A stretch of 64,000 nt of DNA, taken from positions 6,165,477-6,229,476 of the forward strand of contig NC_057759.1 in NCBI RefSeq assembly GCF_004010195.1, in the 5' to 3' direction. Below the pieces are notes generated by a model. It was given only the letters and a program-made list of their open reading frames with translations. It searched no databases and had not been told where the DNA came from. Numbering within the stretch: position 1 is the first letter of the stretch; every line of letters starts with the position of its first letter. The position numbers and the translations under genes are program-made. This document shows positions 37,104 to 49,891 of the stretch, piece by piece. The DNA is from Chiloscyllium plagiosum. Its lineage: Eukaryota.

Positions 37104-37900
37104 TACAGCGTGGAAACAGGCCCTTTGGCCCAACTTGCCCAAGCTTAACAGGTTTCCCAAACTCAACTAGTCCCATTTGTCTGCATTTGGCCCATATCGC
37201 TCTCAACCTTTCTTATCTATGTACCTTTCCAATGTCTTTGAAATGTTGTAATTGTACCTGCCTCTACCACTTCCTCTGGCAGCTCATTCCATATATTCTG
37301 CCCTCTGTGTGATAAATTTGCCTCTCTCATCCCTTTTTAATCTCTCCCCTCTCACCTTAAACCTATGCCCACTAGTTTTGGACACCCCTACCCTGGGGAA
37401 AAGACCATAGCTGTTTACCTTATCTCTGCCCCTCGTGATATTATAACCTCTCGGGTCACCCTTCAGCCTCTGAAAAACTGGGAGAAAAGCTCCCAGATTA
37501 TGCCACTTCTTGTTATAACTCAAATCTACAGTCGTGGTAACATCTGTATACCCTTTCCAACTTGAAAACATCCTTTCCACAGCAGGTTGACCAGCACTGT
37601 AGACAGTGTTCTAAAAGTGGACTCACCAACGTCCTGTACAGCTGTAACATGACGCCCCAACTCCTGCCGTCAGTGCTCTGACCAGTGAAGGGAAGCATGG
37701 CAAATGCTGCCTTCATCACCACGTCTAGCTGTGACACCACATTCAAGGAACTGTCTTCCTGCATCCCAAGGTCTGTTTGTTCAGAAACACTCCCCAGACT
37801 TGTACTATTAACAATATAAGTGCTGCCCTGGTTTGCCTCCCCAAAATGCAACACCTCACATTTATCTAAATTAAACTTCATCTGGATCAAACTTCCATTG
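37104..37900 (-). mobile_element. CR1 3' portion
   Basis: 'QMKFNLDKCEVLHFG', 'LYRTLVSPLLEHC'. Confidence 0.85.
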
Positions 37901-39404
37901 TACTCCTAGATAACCTCCTTCTCTGTCCACAATGACACTACTTTTGGTCCTTCTCCTACCTACTATGTTTCTGTGTTGTCCTGTTTTCAGGCTGACCAAG
38001 CAGAGCAGCAACCACCCTGCATCACACACACCACTCTGAGGCACACAGATACAGGAGGGGATGAGGAACCAAGTCAAGATGAAGAGAGAAACGTTTATGT
38101 CAACCTTCCACGGACATCGTGAGACAGCGTAAAAGAAAGCCTGTGAAGCTTCACAAATCGATCAATAGCAATCCTACCTTGCAGTAAATGAGGAGGACAA
38201 GGAAGAGAAGGCATCGCAATGTCACGTTACTGCGACTAGGCTAGGCTTTGTCTCAATTCAGTCAGCAAGATGTCAGTTCCAAAGATGGACTTGTCTTGAG
38301 AAACCATCTGCATAATTGTCTCTTCCACAACCCTCAGTGTGTCAGTCTATTCCCACTGTAGCACAATCTCACTGTTGGTGGCCGAGATTTGAGATTTTAT
38401 GCTGATCATTCCTAACTTGGATATCCATTTCATCTCTTGGCGAATGAGTCCAGGCAGATGAGCCAATGAATTGAATGTACTCTCCATGTTTTGTTTAAAT
38501 TGTGGTGAGCTGGAAACAATTCAAGCCAGGATTGTTTTCCAGCCCTATCTTCATTGCCCTCTAATTTTATCACTTCCAGTACATATCCAGCTCTCATTTC
38601 ATACCTCATATGGAATCGTACATCCACCACGATCTCAGGCTGCACAATCCAAATCCTAACAACTCTGAGTGAAGATATTTCTCCTCATCTCACTGCTAGC
38701 TCTCTTGCAGATAATCTTGAAATTGTGACCTCTAGTTCCTGACATACCAAGTAATGGTAACAAAATATTTGTCTTTCCCTTGTCAAAATTCTTCATAATT
38801 TTGAACACCTCCACAATGTTTCCCTCTTAATCTTCTCTGCTCCCATGAGAAGGAGCCTGATATCACTAATCCTTCCTTGTATGTAAAATCCTCCATTCCT
38901 GCTACCATTCTAGTAAATCTTCAATGAACCCTCTCCAAAGCTTAAAGCTTCTTAAATAAACTGCCCAGAACTGAACACAAATGTAGTCTGAACAATGATT
39001 TGTGGAGGAGGAGCATCGTCTCCTCAGCTTTATACTCAATGCCTCTATTTATAACGGCAAGGATCCTATCAGCCTTCTTCACAAAAGGTTTCAGCTTGCC
39101 TGGCCACCTTCAGAGAATGATAAACGTGAACCCAGAGGTCCCTCTGCTCCAGTGATCCCTTCAAAGATGTACCATTGACCCTGCATTGTTGCCGTGTGTT
39201 TCTGTTAGCAAAATGCATTACCTCATATTTCTCTGCATTGGAATTCATCTGCCAGATTTCAGCCCATTTGGTAAACTTGTCAATCTTCCTGTGAAGTCAC
39301 TCAACAGCATCTTCACAATTCACTCTTCTCCCAGGGTTAGTATCAACTGCAATTTAGAGATTATATTCTCAACACCCAACTCCTAATCATTTATATAACC
39401 AATG

Positions 39405-40390
39405 TATTTATCAATGTGTACTTGTCAGTTTCTTCCATGTGCGCGTAACTATCAATTCTACCTGTCCGTTTCACTTATGTGAATGTGTGAGTGTATTTAC
39501 CAGTCTGTTCCTGGTCTGCGAATTGGGACTGTCAATATTAAGACCATAAGGCCATAAGCGGAAGTAAGGCCATTCGGCCCATCGAGTCCACTCCGCCATT
39601 CAATCATGGCTGATGGGCATTTCAACTCTACTTACCCGCATTCTCCCCGTAGCCCTTAATTCCTTGTGACATCAAGAATTTATCAATTTCTGCCTTGAAG
39701 ACATTTAGCGTCCCAGCCTCCACTGCACTCTGTGGCAATGAATTCCACAGGCCCACCACTCTCTGGCTGAAGAAATATCTCCGGAATCTCCGCTGGACAC
39801 GCTCCAGTGCCAGTATGTCCTTCCTGAGGTGTGGGGACCAAAACTGGACACAGTACTCCAAATAGGGCCGAACCAGAGCTTTATAAAGTCTGTATTAATC
39901 TGTACTTGTCAGTTTCTCCTATATCAGGATGTAGATGCAGTTACCAATCTGTGCTCCTCAATCTCGGCATTGTCAATATGTGAATTTACTTATCGACTTC
40001 TTGTCAGATCCTATTTGGTGAATGTGAACAGTGCAGGTACCAATATGTACCTGTGAGAATCTGCTCTGAATATGAGACTGTCATTATCAGACTGTACTTG
40101 TCAGTTTATGCTGTGTGAAACTGGGAGTGTAGTTATCATTCTGTTCCTATCAGTTTTAGCTTTGTGAATGAGAGTGTAGTTATTAATTTGTCCCCGACAG
40201 TTACTGCAATGCGATTGTGAGACAAAAGTTAACTGAAACTGACCGATGGAGACTGTTAATAACACATTTGCATCGCAGTAACAGGGTCGTCATCGTTTGT
40301 TTGTTTCTGCAACATGAATGAGTGTGTAATTATCAGCCTGTACTTGTCAGTGTCTACTCTTGTGTATTAAAGTGGACGCTATCAATATTC
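39405..40390 (+). repeat. Degenerate ~48-bp minisatellite, copy A (split by a CR1 fragment 39540-39890)
   Basis: Recurring TCAATCTGTACYTGTCAGTTTCTGC..TGTGAATNTGAGAGTGTAGTTA. Confidence 0.8.
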
Positions 40391-40839
40391 TGTGTCTGTG
40401 CGATACATTCTGTGATATTTGTTATTAGGGTGTTGAGATTGGATCTTAATCTTTTCCGCATTTTGTGATTTCTGAGTTGACTGTCAGTCTGTGGGGGTGG
40501 GTGGGGGAGAAAGGAGATAAGGTGATGGCAGAAGGGAAACTGCTTTATTCTGAATTAAGGTCACACATTTCTTGTTTGGGGAGAGAGTCTGGGATCTGTG
40601 ATATCACTGAGATATTTAGTTTTAATTTGTACCCAGACATTGTTGGTGTTTTTGTTTGTGAAAATGAGTTTTATTCTGCATGCCAGTCCAGTTTTGTATG
40701 ATATTTTTATACCAATGTGCAACACAACAGCATGTCATCACCTTTCTCACCAAAATTAGAATCGCTGAAATGTGCCATTCAGCAGACCATTCAGCTCATT
40801 TTGTCTCTCCTGGGACATTCTCTTATGCATCAGTTCTGA

Positions 40840-41122
40840 AGTGGAAACAGGCCCTTCGGCCCAACAAATCCACATCGACCCGCCGAAGCGCAACCCACCC
40901 ATGCCCCTACATTTACCCCTTACCTAACACTACGGGCAATTTAGCATGGCCAATTCACCTGACCTGCACATCTTTGGACTGTGGGAAGAAACCGGAGCAC
41001 CCGGAGGAAACCCACGCAGACACTGGGAGAACATGCAAACTCCACACGGTCAGTTGCCTGAGGCAGGAATTGAACCCGGGTCTCAGACGCTGTGAAGCAG
41101 CAGTGCCACCGTGCCGCCCACG
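40840..41122 (-). mobile_element. HE1 SINE
   Basis: Same family text as 16795-17100. Confidence 0.85.
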
Positions 41123-42699
41123 ATCCCTGTTTTATATTATAATATTTGTTTCATTTTTTTTTCTTTATTTCAGGAAGGATCCTCAAACTGTGGAGAGGGT
41201 TCATCGGAGATTTACTGGATCTCATTCACCTATGTTCAGTTGTGATTTTTTTGTCTGAGTGTCGCATAAACTCTGTAAATAAACTATTTTCAATGATGCT
41301 TAATTTTATTGCATTTCAGTTTCAATTTATTTTTACATTGCATGTATGTGCACGTGTGGTAGACTTTATCAGGTGCTGCATATCCTCAGCTGTGATAAGT
41401 GATGTTGAGAGTCAATTCATACCTGGAAATAATTGAGGCCAAATTTTATTATTTTCCTTTCAGCATCCAGTGGCTGAATGAGAGTGAGTTTACTCTTGAA
41501 CTGAGATACAGACTGACAACACATGTCTCCTTGTAGTGAATGGGAAACAGCCGAAGTTCTTTAATTGTTAGTGTCTGGAGGAATCATGTACAAGTGAAAA
41601 CGTAACAGAAAGGATTTGGTGCTGCTCTTCACAGTCAAGGTAGGAAACACAATGGACCTTTTGTATCTTGGATAGTGCGGAATCTAACAGAGTAATGATA
41701 TAAAATGTTGGCCTTCAGAATGCTATCAATTTTGTTTCAGTGCATAGTGATGTACTTTTCTGAACACTACTGAAATAACAATCAGTGTAAATTAAATGAA
41801 CAGTGTAAATGAAACGGTGGTGAACAATTCAGCTGCATTGGAGCTGACTGACCATAATGTTCCTTGTACAGAAAAGATAATTGGCTAATTCACTTCTATT
41901 TTCTGATGGAGACAGAACATTCCCCTGCTCTGTAGTGTGAGCATGCACCATCAGCAGTACTTTTGCATTGCTCTCTAGGTAGGGAGTAGGAAAGGAAAAT
42001 GACTTTTATTTTTTGTCATGCAGTGCGGAATATGTAAACTGCCAAATTCAATTTATTAAACAAAAGCAGTGTTCAACTCTGCTTGAAGATAAAATGTGCA
42101 ATTCTACAAACCTACCCATTTTGGCTTTTTTGTCCCTTTTCTCCACTGCTTTGAAAGGTGGTTATTAGATTCCACTGATACATTATGAATTTTACAGCCA
42201 GATTTCACGCTTTTTTTTGTGATACGTCCCAGAGAGGGGGAGGAGGAATGCAGAGCTCTTTGTAGAAAATTGCAACAATTTTGAAAGAAGGACATAATTA
42301 TCTGAAAAAAAAAGAATTTTTGGTTGGACTGAAACAGACAAAGCAAAGTCTTCTACTGCAATATGAAGAATTGCAGAATGATGTTTGATAAACATGGGAT
42401 GATAAGCTCCTCTGGTACCCTGGTCCATTTATGCAATTGGATGCTGGCTGATCAGGATGAAAATTGTTAGCTGATTGTTTTTGATCGGTACAGACACAAA
42501 AGTTTTGAAGGGCCTGATTCTCTGCTATAGGCCTCTCTGACAAAGGATCTGTGGGTAGAAATCATTTTGAATGTAACATTTTGTGTTACTTGCAATATCA
42601 ATGTAACTGCATGGCTGTTAGACATTGTAATGTGCGTCAGGGTGGTGTATGTTTTGAAACTCATCGTAAGTCTGAGAGAGAGAGAGAGAGAGAGAGACT

Positions 42700-42736
<37 letters not shown>

Positions 42737-43489
42737 GGGGGGCGGGGGGAACGTTTGGTTATGTACCTAAACATTAATCATTCTATGTCAGGCTTTGCTA
42801 CAGATTATGCATTTGGTATTCATATTATTTGATTGCTGTGTCTATGTATGTGACAAAAGATTAATTGTACTTCTCAGTTACTAATAGCTGAAATGTATCC
42901 TTCAATTCAATTTTGACTCAATATCTACTTGACATATGATTGTTCAAAGTAATCGCATCACCTTGATTGTAACATTAAAATTATTGTTACTAAATACAGA
43001 CAATATAAAGATTGGTGCACTTGTGGATAGTGTAGAAGTTTGTCAAAGAATACAGCAGGATCACTTGTAGATATGGGTGGAGAAATGACCGATTGAGTTT
43101 AATTCGGTCAGGTGTAAGATGCTGGACTTTGGGAGATCAAATGTTCAGGAAAGGTATACAGTAAATGACTGTTCTGTGAACAACACTGATGTACAAAAGG
43201 ATCTTGGGGTTCAAGTCTATAGCTCCCTGAAAGTGGCCATGCAAGTAGATAGGGTGGTATCGAGAAGGCGGCGTATGGCGTGCCTGCCTTATTGGTTGAT
43301 GTTACTTGGGCCATACTTAGAGTATTGTGACAAAAGATTAATTCTGTCCTTCTCAGTTAATGAGAGCTGAAATGTTTCCTTCAATGTACTCACTACCTAC
43401 CTCACATATGGTTGTTCAAACTAACAGCATAGTCTATTTGTTCACCTCGATTGTGATGTTTAAAGTATCCTTACTAAAGTTCAGAACCT

Positions 43490-44220
43490 GGTGAGGACAA
43501 CCTCAATCGAGACCTTGGGTTCCAGTCATACCACACACTCCCTCTCAGTCACACACATGCTCATGCAGACCCTCTCTCATCCACACGCTTTCCCTCATAC
43601 ATACACCCCCCCACACTCTCACCCATGCAGACACCCTCTCACAGGCTTATACTCTATCATACTCATACACACACTTTACCAAGCATACACACACACATTC
43701 GCATGTCTACTCATTCTCAAATGCTCTCTCTCTCGCACACACACATGCAAGTCTCTGGGGTGAATGTATATTTGCCGATGCATTCTATTTTGCTCAAAAA
43801 GAGCACAACCTGCAGGCAGTCAATCCATGTAATGTTTTATATATTCCTCCTTTGGCAAGAGAACCAGTCTGACTCAAGATTGGGATACAGACAGACTCTA
43901 ACCTCACACCTTTAATACATTGTCTGAGTTGAGATGCCACCCTTTTTTAAATAAAGTCTGAAGTCATCTTTGGAATGTTCTGGGATGTATATATTAATGA
44001 ACTGAAACCTGCAACCCATTCTAAAAGATGAAACACTGAACAACAATCTTGGTTTCTTTAAAATATCATTTCAGTTGCATGACACTATAATCTTTTGTGA
44101 TAGATTCTGTGTCTCATGATCCTGTTTCATAGTTACCTGATGAAGGAGCAGCGCTCTGAAAAATAGTACTTCCAAATGAACCTGCTGGACTATAATCTGG
44201 TGTTATGAGATTTTTCAATT
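43490..44220 (+). mobile_element. Penelope-like 3' region with second-family hammerhead core
   Basis: CTGATGAAGGAGCAGCGCTCTGAAA at 44137, followed by the pLTR end CCTGCTGGACTATAATCTGGTGTT. Confidence 0.6.
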
Positions 44221-44399
44221 GTGGTCGGCATATTACAGGAAGGACGTGGAGAATTTAGAGAGGGTGCAGAAGAGGTTTGCCAGAATGTTGTCTAGAGGGA
44301 ATGAGCTATAAAGAGAAGCTAGAAGAACACATAGTCTCTGCTGCTCAGAAGAAAATTGAGGGCAGACTTGAGAGAAGTCTGTAAAATTTGAAGAGTTGT

Positions 44400-44930
44400 A
44401 GCTCATGTTGAGGTTCTTGATCTAGGTTTTCTCGCTGACCTGGATGTTTTGTCACCATATTAGGTACCATTATCAGTGACCCTCTGGATGAAGCACTGGT
44501 GATATTTGTCCACGACATTGGACAAACAAGCAGAAAACTAGCCACAAAAAGACATGACCCACTCTCACTAGTATCCTTACATACAGATGAGGAAGGACAC
44601 CACTTCAACTGGGACACCACATCCATCCTAGGACAAGTCAAACCAAGACATGCACGAGAATTCCAAGAAGCATGGTATTCCAACCGGAACTCCATCAACA
44701 AACAGATTGACTTGGATCCCATTTACCACCCCTGAGAAAATGACCACTAAATGACATCACCACAGGAAACAACACTACACAGGAAATGACATCACCAACC
44801 CAAGGAAACCTAAACCTATAAACAGAAAGTGGGCCATACCACCAGAGCTTCATCCGGAGGCTCACTGATTTACCTACAAAACGTCTAAAAGCAAAACTTC
44901 CATCTCAGTGAGCAAACCTACACCCAGAAA
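44400..44930 (+). mobile_element. Penelope GIY-YIG endonuclease fragment with flanking inverted pLTR pieces
   Basis: 'IGQTSRKLAT...HHFNWDTTSILGQ...REFQEAWYS...SINK'. Confidence 0.8.
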
Positions 44931-45980
44931 GCTTCAAAATTATGAGATGCATGTTTAAGGTTGATGGTCAGAGTCTTTTTCCAAGAGTTGAAATGTCTAA
45001 AACTAAGAGGCATGCAGATAAGGTGAGACGGGGTAGAGAGCGGCAGATACCATAAAAGATATTGAAGGGACTTTAAAATAAGCAAATTAACATGCAAGAA
45101 ATGGAGGGATATGGACCATGGGCAGGCAAAAGGGTTTAAATTTCATTCGGCGTCATGCTCGGCACAACATCGTGGGCTGAAGGACCCGTTCCTGTGCTGT
45201 ACCGTTCTATGTTCAGATTTAATGCAATGTATATTTCGGATGAGGATTCATTCAAATTGATTGGAACTGGGTAGCATGCATTGAGAATGTAGATAAAAAA
45301 TATAAACTTCCATTTCCTCGGTGGTTTTTGACTCCTGGTTTGAACATGTCTCTCTGGAAATGGAGCTCAATGCGAGTCTGACTCAATTCACTCTGACTGT
45401 GGAAAGGATGTTCTTTGCTCTGATAGCGGTAACATACCTGCTGTTTGTTCGAAGCAGCTGGTCACACTTGGTCTGTACCGAGGAAATATTACATTGTCTT
45501 GGTCCTTTGGGTACTTGCCTGGAGGTAGACAGAAGAGATAACTGATGTTGATTTACAAGAGGTGTGATTGGCAACATCAATGTAACGTTCAGCCCATCTT
45601 GTCCATGCCAACGCCAACACACCCAGATGCCCTTTCTCATCCCACCATCCTGGCACAGCCTGTAACCTTGCAGTTTACAACACTTGAGGTGCAGTTCCAG
45701 GGAATTTTTGTTTAAAAAAAATGTATGGTCTCTGCCTGCAGCACCAAATCAGGCAGCAACTTCCAGATACCCACCACTGTCTACACAAAAATAACATTTT
45801 TCCCCATATTATCTAAACCTACAACCACTGAGCTTGAATCAGTGATCCCTGGTTTTTGAACTCTCTCCAAAGTAAACCGGTTCCTCCTATCTAATGTCTC
45901 CCTCTCACTAGTTAGTTAAAAATCACACAACATCAGATTATAATTCAACAGGTTTATTTGGATGTGCAGACTTTCAGAGT

Positions 45981-46280
45981 GCTGCTCCTTCATCAGGTAG
46001 CTCACTATTTAGTACTGTAGACCCCCCCCCCCAACCTCCGTACCTGTGGGGGATATGTTCCAGCACCAACAGAGCTAATGTAAAACCACAGGTGCAAAAC
46101 CATTAATTTAAATGGGAAATATACCTTCTTGGGCTGCTCCTTCATCAGGTAGCTCACTATTTAGTACTGTAGACCCCCCCCCCCTCCGTACCTGTGGGGG
46201 AAATGTTCCAGCACCAACAGAGCTAATGTAAAACCACAGGTGCAAAACCATTAATTTAAATGGGAAATATACCTTCTTGG
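45981..46280 (+). repeat. ~150-bp tandem duplication spanning a pLTR end and the left end of a probable Tc1/mariner-type MITE
   Basis: 45981-46132 is repeated at 46133-46280. The MITE-like text (CGTACCTGTGGGGGA..TGTTCCAG ... AATACAGGGTTGTCCTGTA) extends to ~46378. Confidence 0.8.
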
Positions 46281-46379
46281 CAGTCTCCTGGTTCCTGGTT
46301 CTGGAACATTCCCTTTTATGTACTTGGACCATGGTAAACCGCGATAACCGGACTCGCGAATACAGGGTTGTCCTGTATT

Positions 46380-47106
46380 CCTTAATCATGGCACCTCTGT
46401 TCCAAGGAATACAACCCCAACCTCTCCCATCTCTCCTGATCGCTACAATTCTGGCAACATTCTAGTAAATCTCCTCTGCACTCTCTCCACAGCAACGACG
46501 TCCTTCCTGTAATGTGGTGACCCAACTGCACTCAATACTCCTGTTGTAGCGACCAGTGCCTCGTATAGTTTCATTGTTATTTCCCTATTTTTGCATTCAC
46601 CCCTCTGCCAATGAGGGAGAGCATTCCATGTGCCTTCTTTACAACCCCATCTATCTTTAGGGACCTGCGCACTTTCACACTAAGATCTCTCACTTCACTT
46701 GCCCCTCTCAATATATTCCCATTTATTGTCTGACTTCCCAAAATGTGTTCCCTCATACTTATCAGAGCTGAACTCCATCTGCCACTTTCCTGCCCACTCC
46801 ACCAAACCATCTATATAGTTTTGGAGCTTACAGCTATCCACCACACTATCCACGACACGGGCAATTTTTGTGTCATCTGCAAATTTCACAAATTTTCCCA
46901 CCATATTCCACTGCAACTCATTAATGTATAAAATAAACAGCTCAGGTCCCAACACTGAGCTATGCAGAGCACCACTTGAAACAACTTCCCATTCACAATG
47001 GCCACCATTGACCATTATCCTATCTTTCCTGTGACTAGCCAAATTTGGGTCCAATTCAACACATTACCCTGTATCCCATGGACTTTTACTTCTTTGACCA
47101 GTCTGC
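46380..47106 (-). mobile_element. CR1 RT fragment
   Basis: 'SVLGPELFILYINEL...KFADDTK'. Confidence 0.85.
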
Positions 47107-49612
47107 TGTGATGCTGCTGCTCCTTTTAACAACCTTGTAAAAGACACAGGCTCCGAAAAGTCGGAGTTGATGGGTTTTAGGGCCATTTTGATTAAAGCTA
47201 ACGGGTAATGCCTCAGGCAAAAGGCTTCCACATTTTTAAAAAGAATACTTGTACTATGAAAGGGGAGTGTCCCAGTTTTCCCAGCTCAGCTTTTCTCTGG
47301 TTTCAAATGTGGTTTTTGGCTGCCTGGCTATTGACTAAAAGCAGTCAGGGAGTTGAAAAAGCTGCTGAACCCAAAGAAGCAGGTCCATGATTGTGCTCTC
47401 TGTCTGACATCTCTCCTGTGAGACCCTGTGTTTGATTTTACCTTTTGTGCCAAGGGGTATTTATGGGGATTGTTGTAAATGTTGGGAACACCATCATTAA
47501 GTTGGTATAATCTGTTGGGTTTTCAGATTTTTAAGTTATTTAGTATTCTGTTCTCTTTTGTTTGTGTATCATTCGGTAAATTTGTAAATTAAACTGTTTG
47601 GTTTAAAACTACATGGTTTGACCAGCTGCATTTCTCCTGGAATATCTTCGTTACACCCGCTTAAAACAACTAGTAAAGTTAGGGTCCGGGTTACCTTATT
47701 GAAATGTTTGGAGGCCTTTTCCGTAACAGATTGGGGGTTGTTTGCAAAACTTATTCTGTAGTTCTGATTTGCGATTTGAGTTGTTGGACTCAAAGGCAGC
47801 GAGTGGTAAGTATTAGTGTCTTTTGTTGAATTCAATTGGTTTAAACAGTGCTTGGAGAAAGTGAGGACCGCAGATGCTGGAGATCAGAGACTAGAGTGTG
47901 GTGCTGGAAAAGCACAGCAGGTCAGGCAGCATCTGAGGAATAGGAGAATCAATGTTTCGGGCATCAGCCCTTCATGAGGAAACAGTGCTAGGGATAGCAA
48001 AGTCTCTGAGTCATCGAGTTTACTGGGGATGGAAGAACTGACTTCAGGTTTTTGCAAAAAGTGATTACGGCCAAGCTGCTGGAATTAGCAGACAAGCTGG
48101 AGCTTGACTTGCCTCCTTCCACGTGGAAAAAGGCGATAATTACAGTAATAACTCAACATTTAAATTTGCTGGAAGTGCCATCAGAATCTTTAGAGATGGC
48201 TAACATTCAATTGAAAATGAAGCAACTCGAGTTCGAGGCAAAAGTCAAGGGCAACAGAAACAAACAGTTTGAATTATGATTAAAAGCAGAAGAGAGGGAG
48301 GAGAGAGAGAAAAGGAGAGAGAGGAAAGGAAGAAAGGAGGAGTTTGAACTTTGGAAGTTGGCACTTAGATAGGAGTTCAAAAATTCACTTCCTGAAGTAC
48401 TGAGAACTCATGTGTAAGAGCAGAGAGTTAAAACAGCAAGACTGGCATCGGAAATGGCTGATGACTGAGTTGATCAATAAATCAAAATTGGGCTGCCAAA
48501 ATCAATTTCAATCCATGAGGGATAATAATTGTGGGTAAGAGAAATTCTCACATGGAAAGGGAAAAGTACATTCCTGTGAAGATCACAAGGATAATTTACC
48601 ACAGGGTAAAAAGGAAACCCTTGAAGAGGAAAGACAAGTGAAAAAGCTCTGGTATTTTCAATAAAGTAGGCCACATAGAATCAGTATTACTGGGTTAGGA
48701 AAAGCACTGAGAAGCCAGATGTAGGAAAACCAGATAAGCCAGTGAATTTTGTTGGAGTGGTAACAGAGAGTAATGTGTACAAGCTGGTTGGAGGTTGTTT
48801 ATGGAGGAAGTGCCAGATCTTCTTAAACCATACGCCGTGAAGGTGAAGTTTACTCGCATAGGCCAGGAGCAGCAGGTAAAGAGGTAGCAATATTCAGAGA
48901 TACAAGGATCCTCTCAATCTGTCATGCTAAAAGATGAGGATATATGTACCTCTGAAGGGCTATTGCCAGAAAAGGTATGAGTAACTGGAATTCACATTGA
49001 GACAAGAAATGCTCAATTGTAAGAAGTGAGGTTAGAGTGTCGAGTGAAGAGGGCAGAAGTCATAGTAGGAGTACTGGACAAACTTTCAGCTCTGGGAATA
49101 CAATTTGTCCTTGTTAATGATGTTGCTGATTCACTGGTGGTAATGTCGATTGTGGTTGAAAAGCCAATGGAAATTGAGGCAACTGAACTATTGCAGGGCA
49201 CATATCCTGGGATGTTTCTGATTGTGTGGTAACGAGGTCACAAAGTCACCAGTTGAAACAGGAAAGTTCAAAGAGTACAGATAAGAAAGTTGAAGGGAAA
49301 TTAGCAGAGACCCTGTTTGATCAGATAGTTGAGACAAACCAGGGACAGAGATGACAAAGCAGACATCTTTAGCTCAGGTAAATTAACTGAGTTACAGCAA
49401 AAAGATGAAAATTTAAAGCAATTGTATCAAAAGGCATACACAAAACGAATCCAAATGTGTCCCTAATTGTTATTATCTTAAAAATGATGTCTTAATGAGG
49501 AAATGGAGAACATCACATTCAGGCAGATGAGAAATGGGCAGACGTTTATCAAGTTATATTGTTAGTGGATTATAGAAAGGACATGATGCGAGTATAGCAC
49601 ATGAGCTACCTG
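47107..49612 (+). mobile_element. Truncated Ty3/gypsy LTR retrotransposon, Gmr1-like
   Basis: LTR TGTGATG...CCGTAACA (47107-47728); decayed tRNA-Pro-like PBS TGGGGG; gag 'KLLELADKLEL' and SCAN-like 'EFKNSLPEVLRTHV.EQ..KTA..A.EMADD'; protease 'IFRDT' and 'FVLVNDVA'; then integrase N-terminal 'YYLKNDVLMRKW...AHELP'. Confidence 0.8.
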
Positions 49613-49891
49613 TATAAATTGTGTTTGAAATTCACATTATTTAATTGTCATCTCGGTAGATGACAACTATTCAGTCAAGGATTAATTCTATCCTTCTCAG
49701 TCTCACACAAACTTCATGTAAATATGCTTCATCCCGGGTGGAGAATTTGAACTGTAGGCAGAGGCTGAACAGGCTGGAACTGTTTTCCCAGGAGAGTGAC
49801 CTTATAGAAGTTTATAAAATCATAAGGCACACGGCGAAGTCGTGGAGCCTGGTACAATTATAACATTTAAAAGGCATCTGAATGAGTATAA

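Larger units (their letters stand above)
26250..38122 (+). pseudogene. Decayed Ig-superfamily type I receptor gene (Fc-receptor-like / PECAM-like)
   Basis: Ig exon 26250-26521 (IPVSVRELTA...VVERDSTSLNYSV, TPIEYIFCK, GN*HCAVSN...SKCIAISV, with stops and frameshifts). TM exon 28221-28343. Small exons 29320-29350, 30681-30770 and 33121-33186 (SLVYSVF). Last exon 37991-38122 (ITHTTL, NVYVNL, stop). Bounded by AG/GT signals. Confidence 0.65.

Noticed and set aside
41725..41785. Possible miRNA hairpin (TTTCAGTGCAT...ACTGAAA, miR-148/152-like seed)
   Set aside because: The stem is short and interrupted, and similarity is limited to the first few nucleotides.
42672..42735. (GA)n(GT)n microsatellite generating ERER/VCVC ORFs
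   Set aside because: Ordinary simple repeat.
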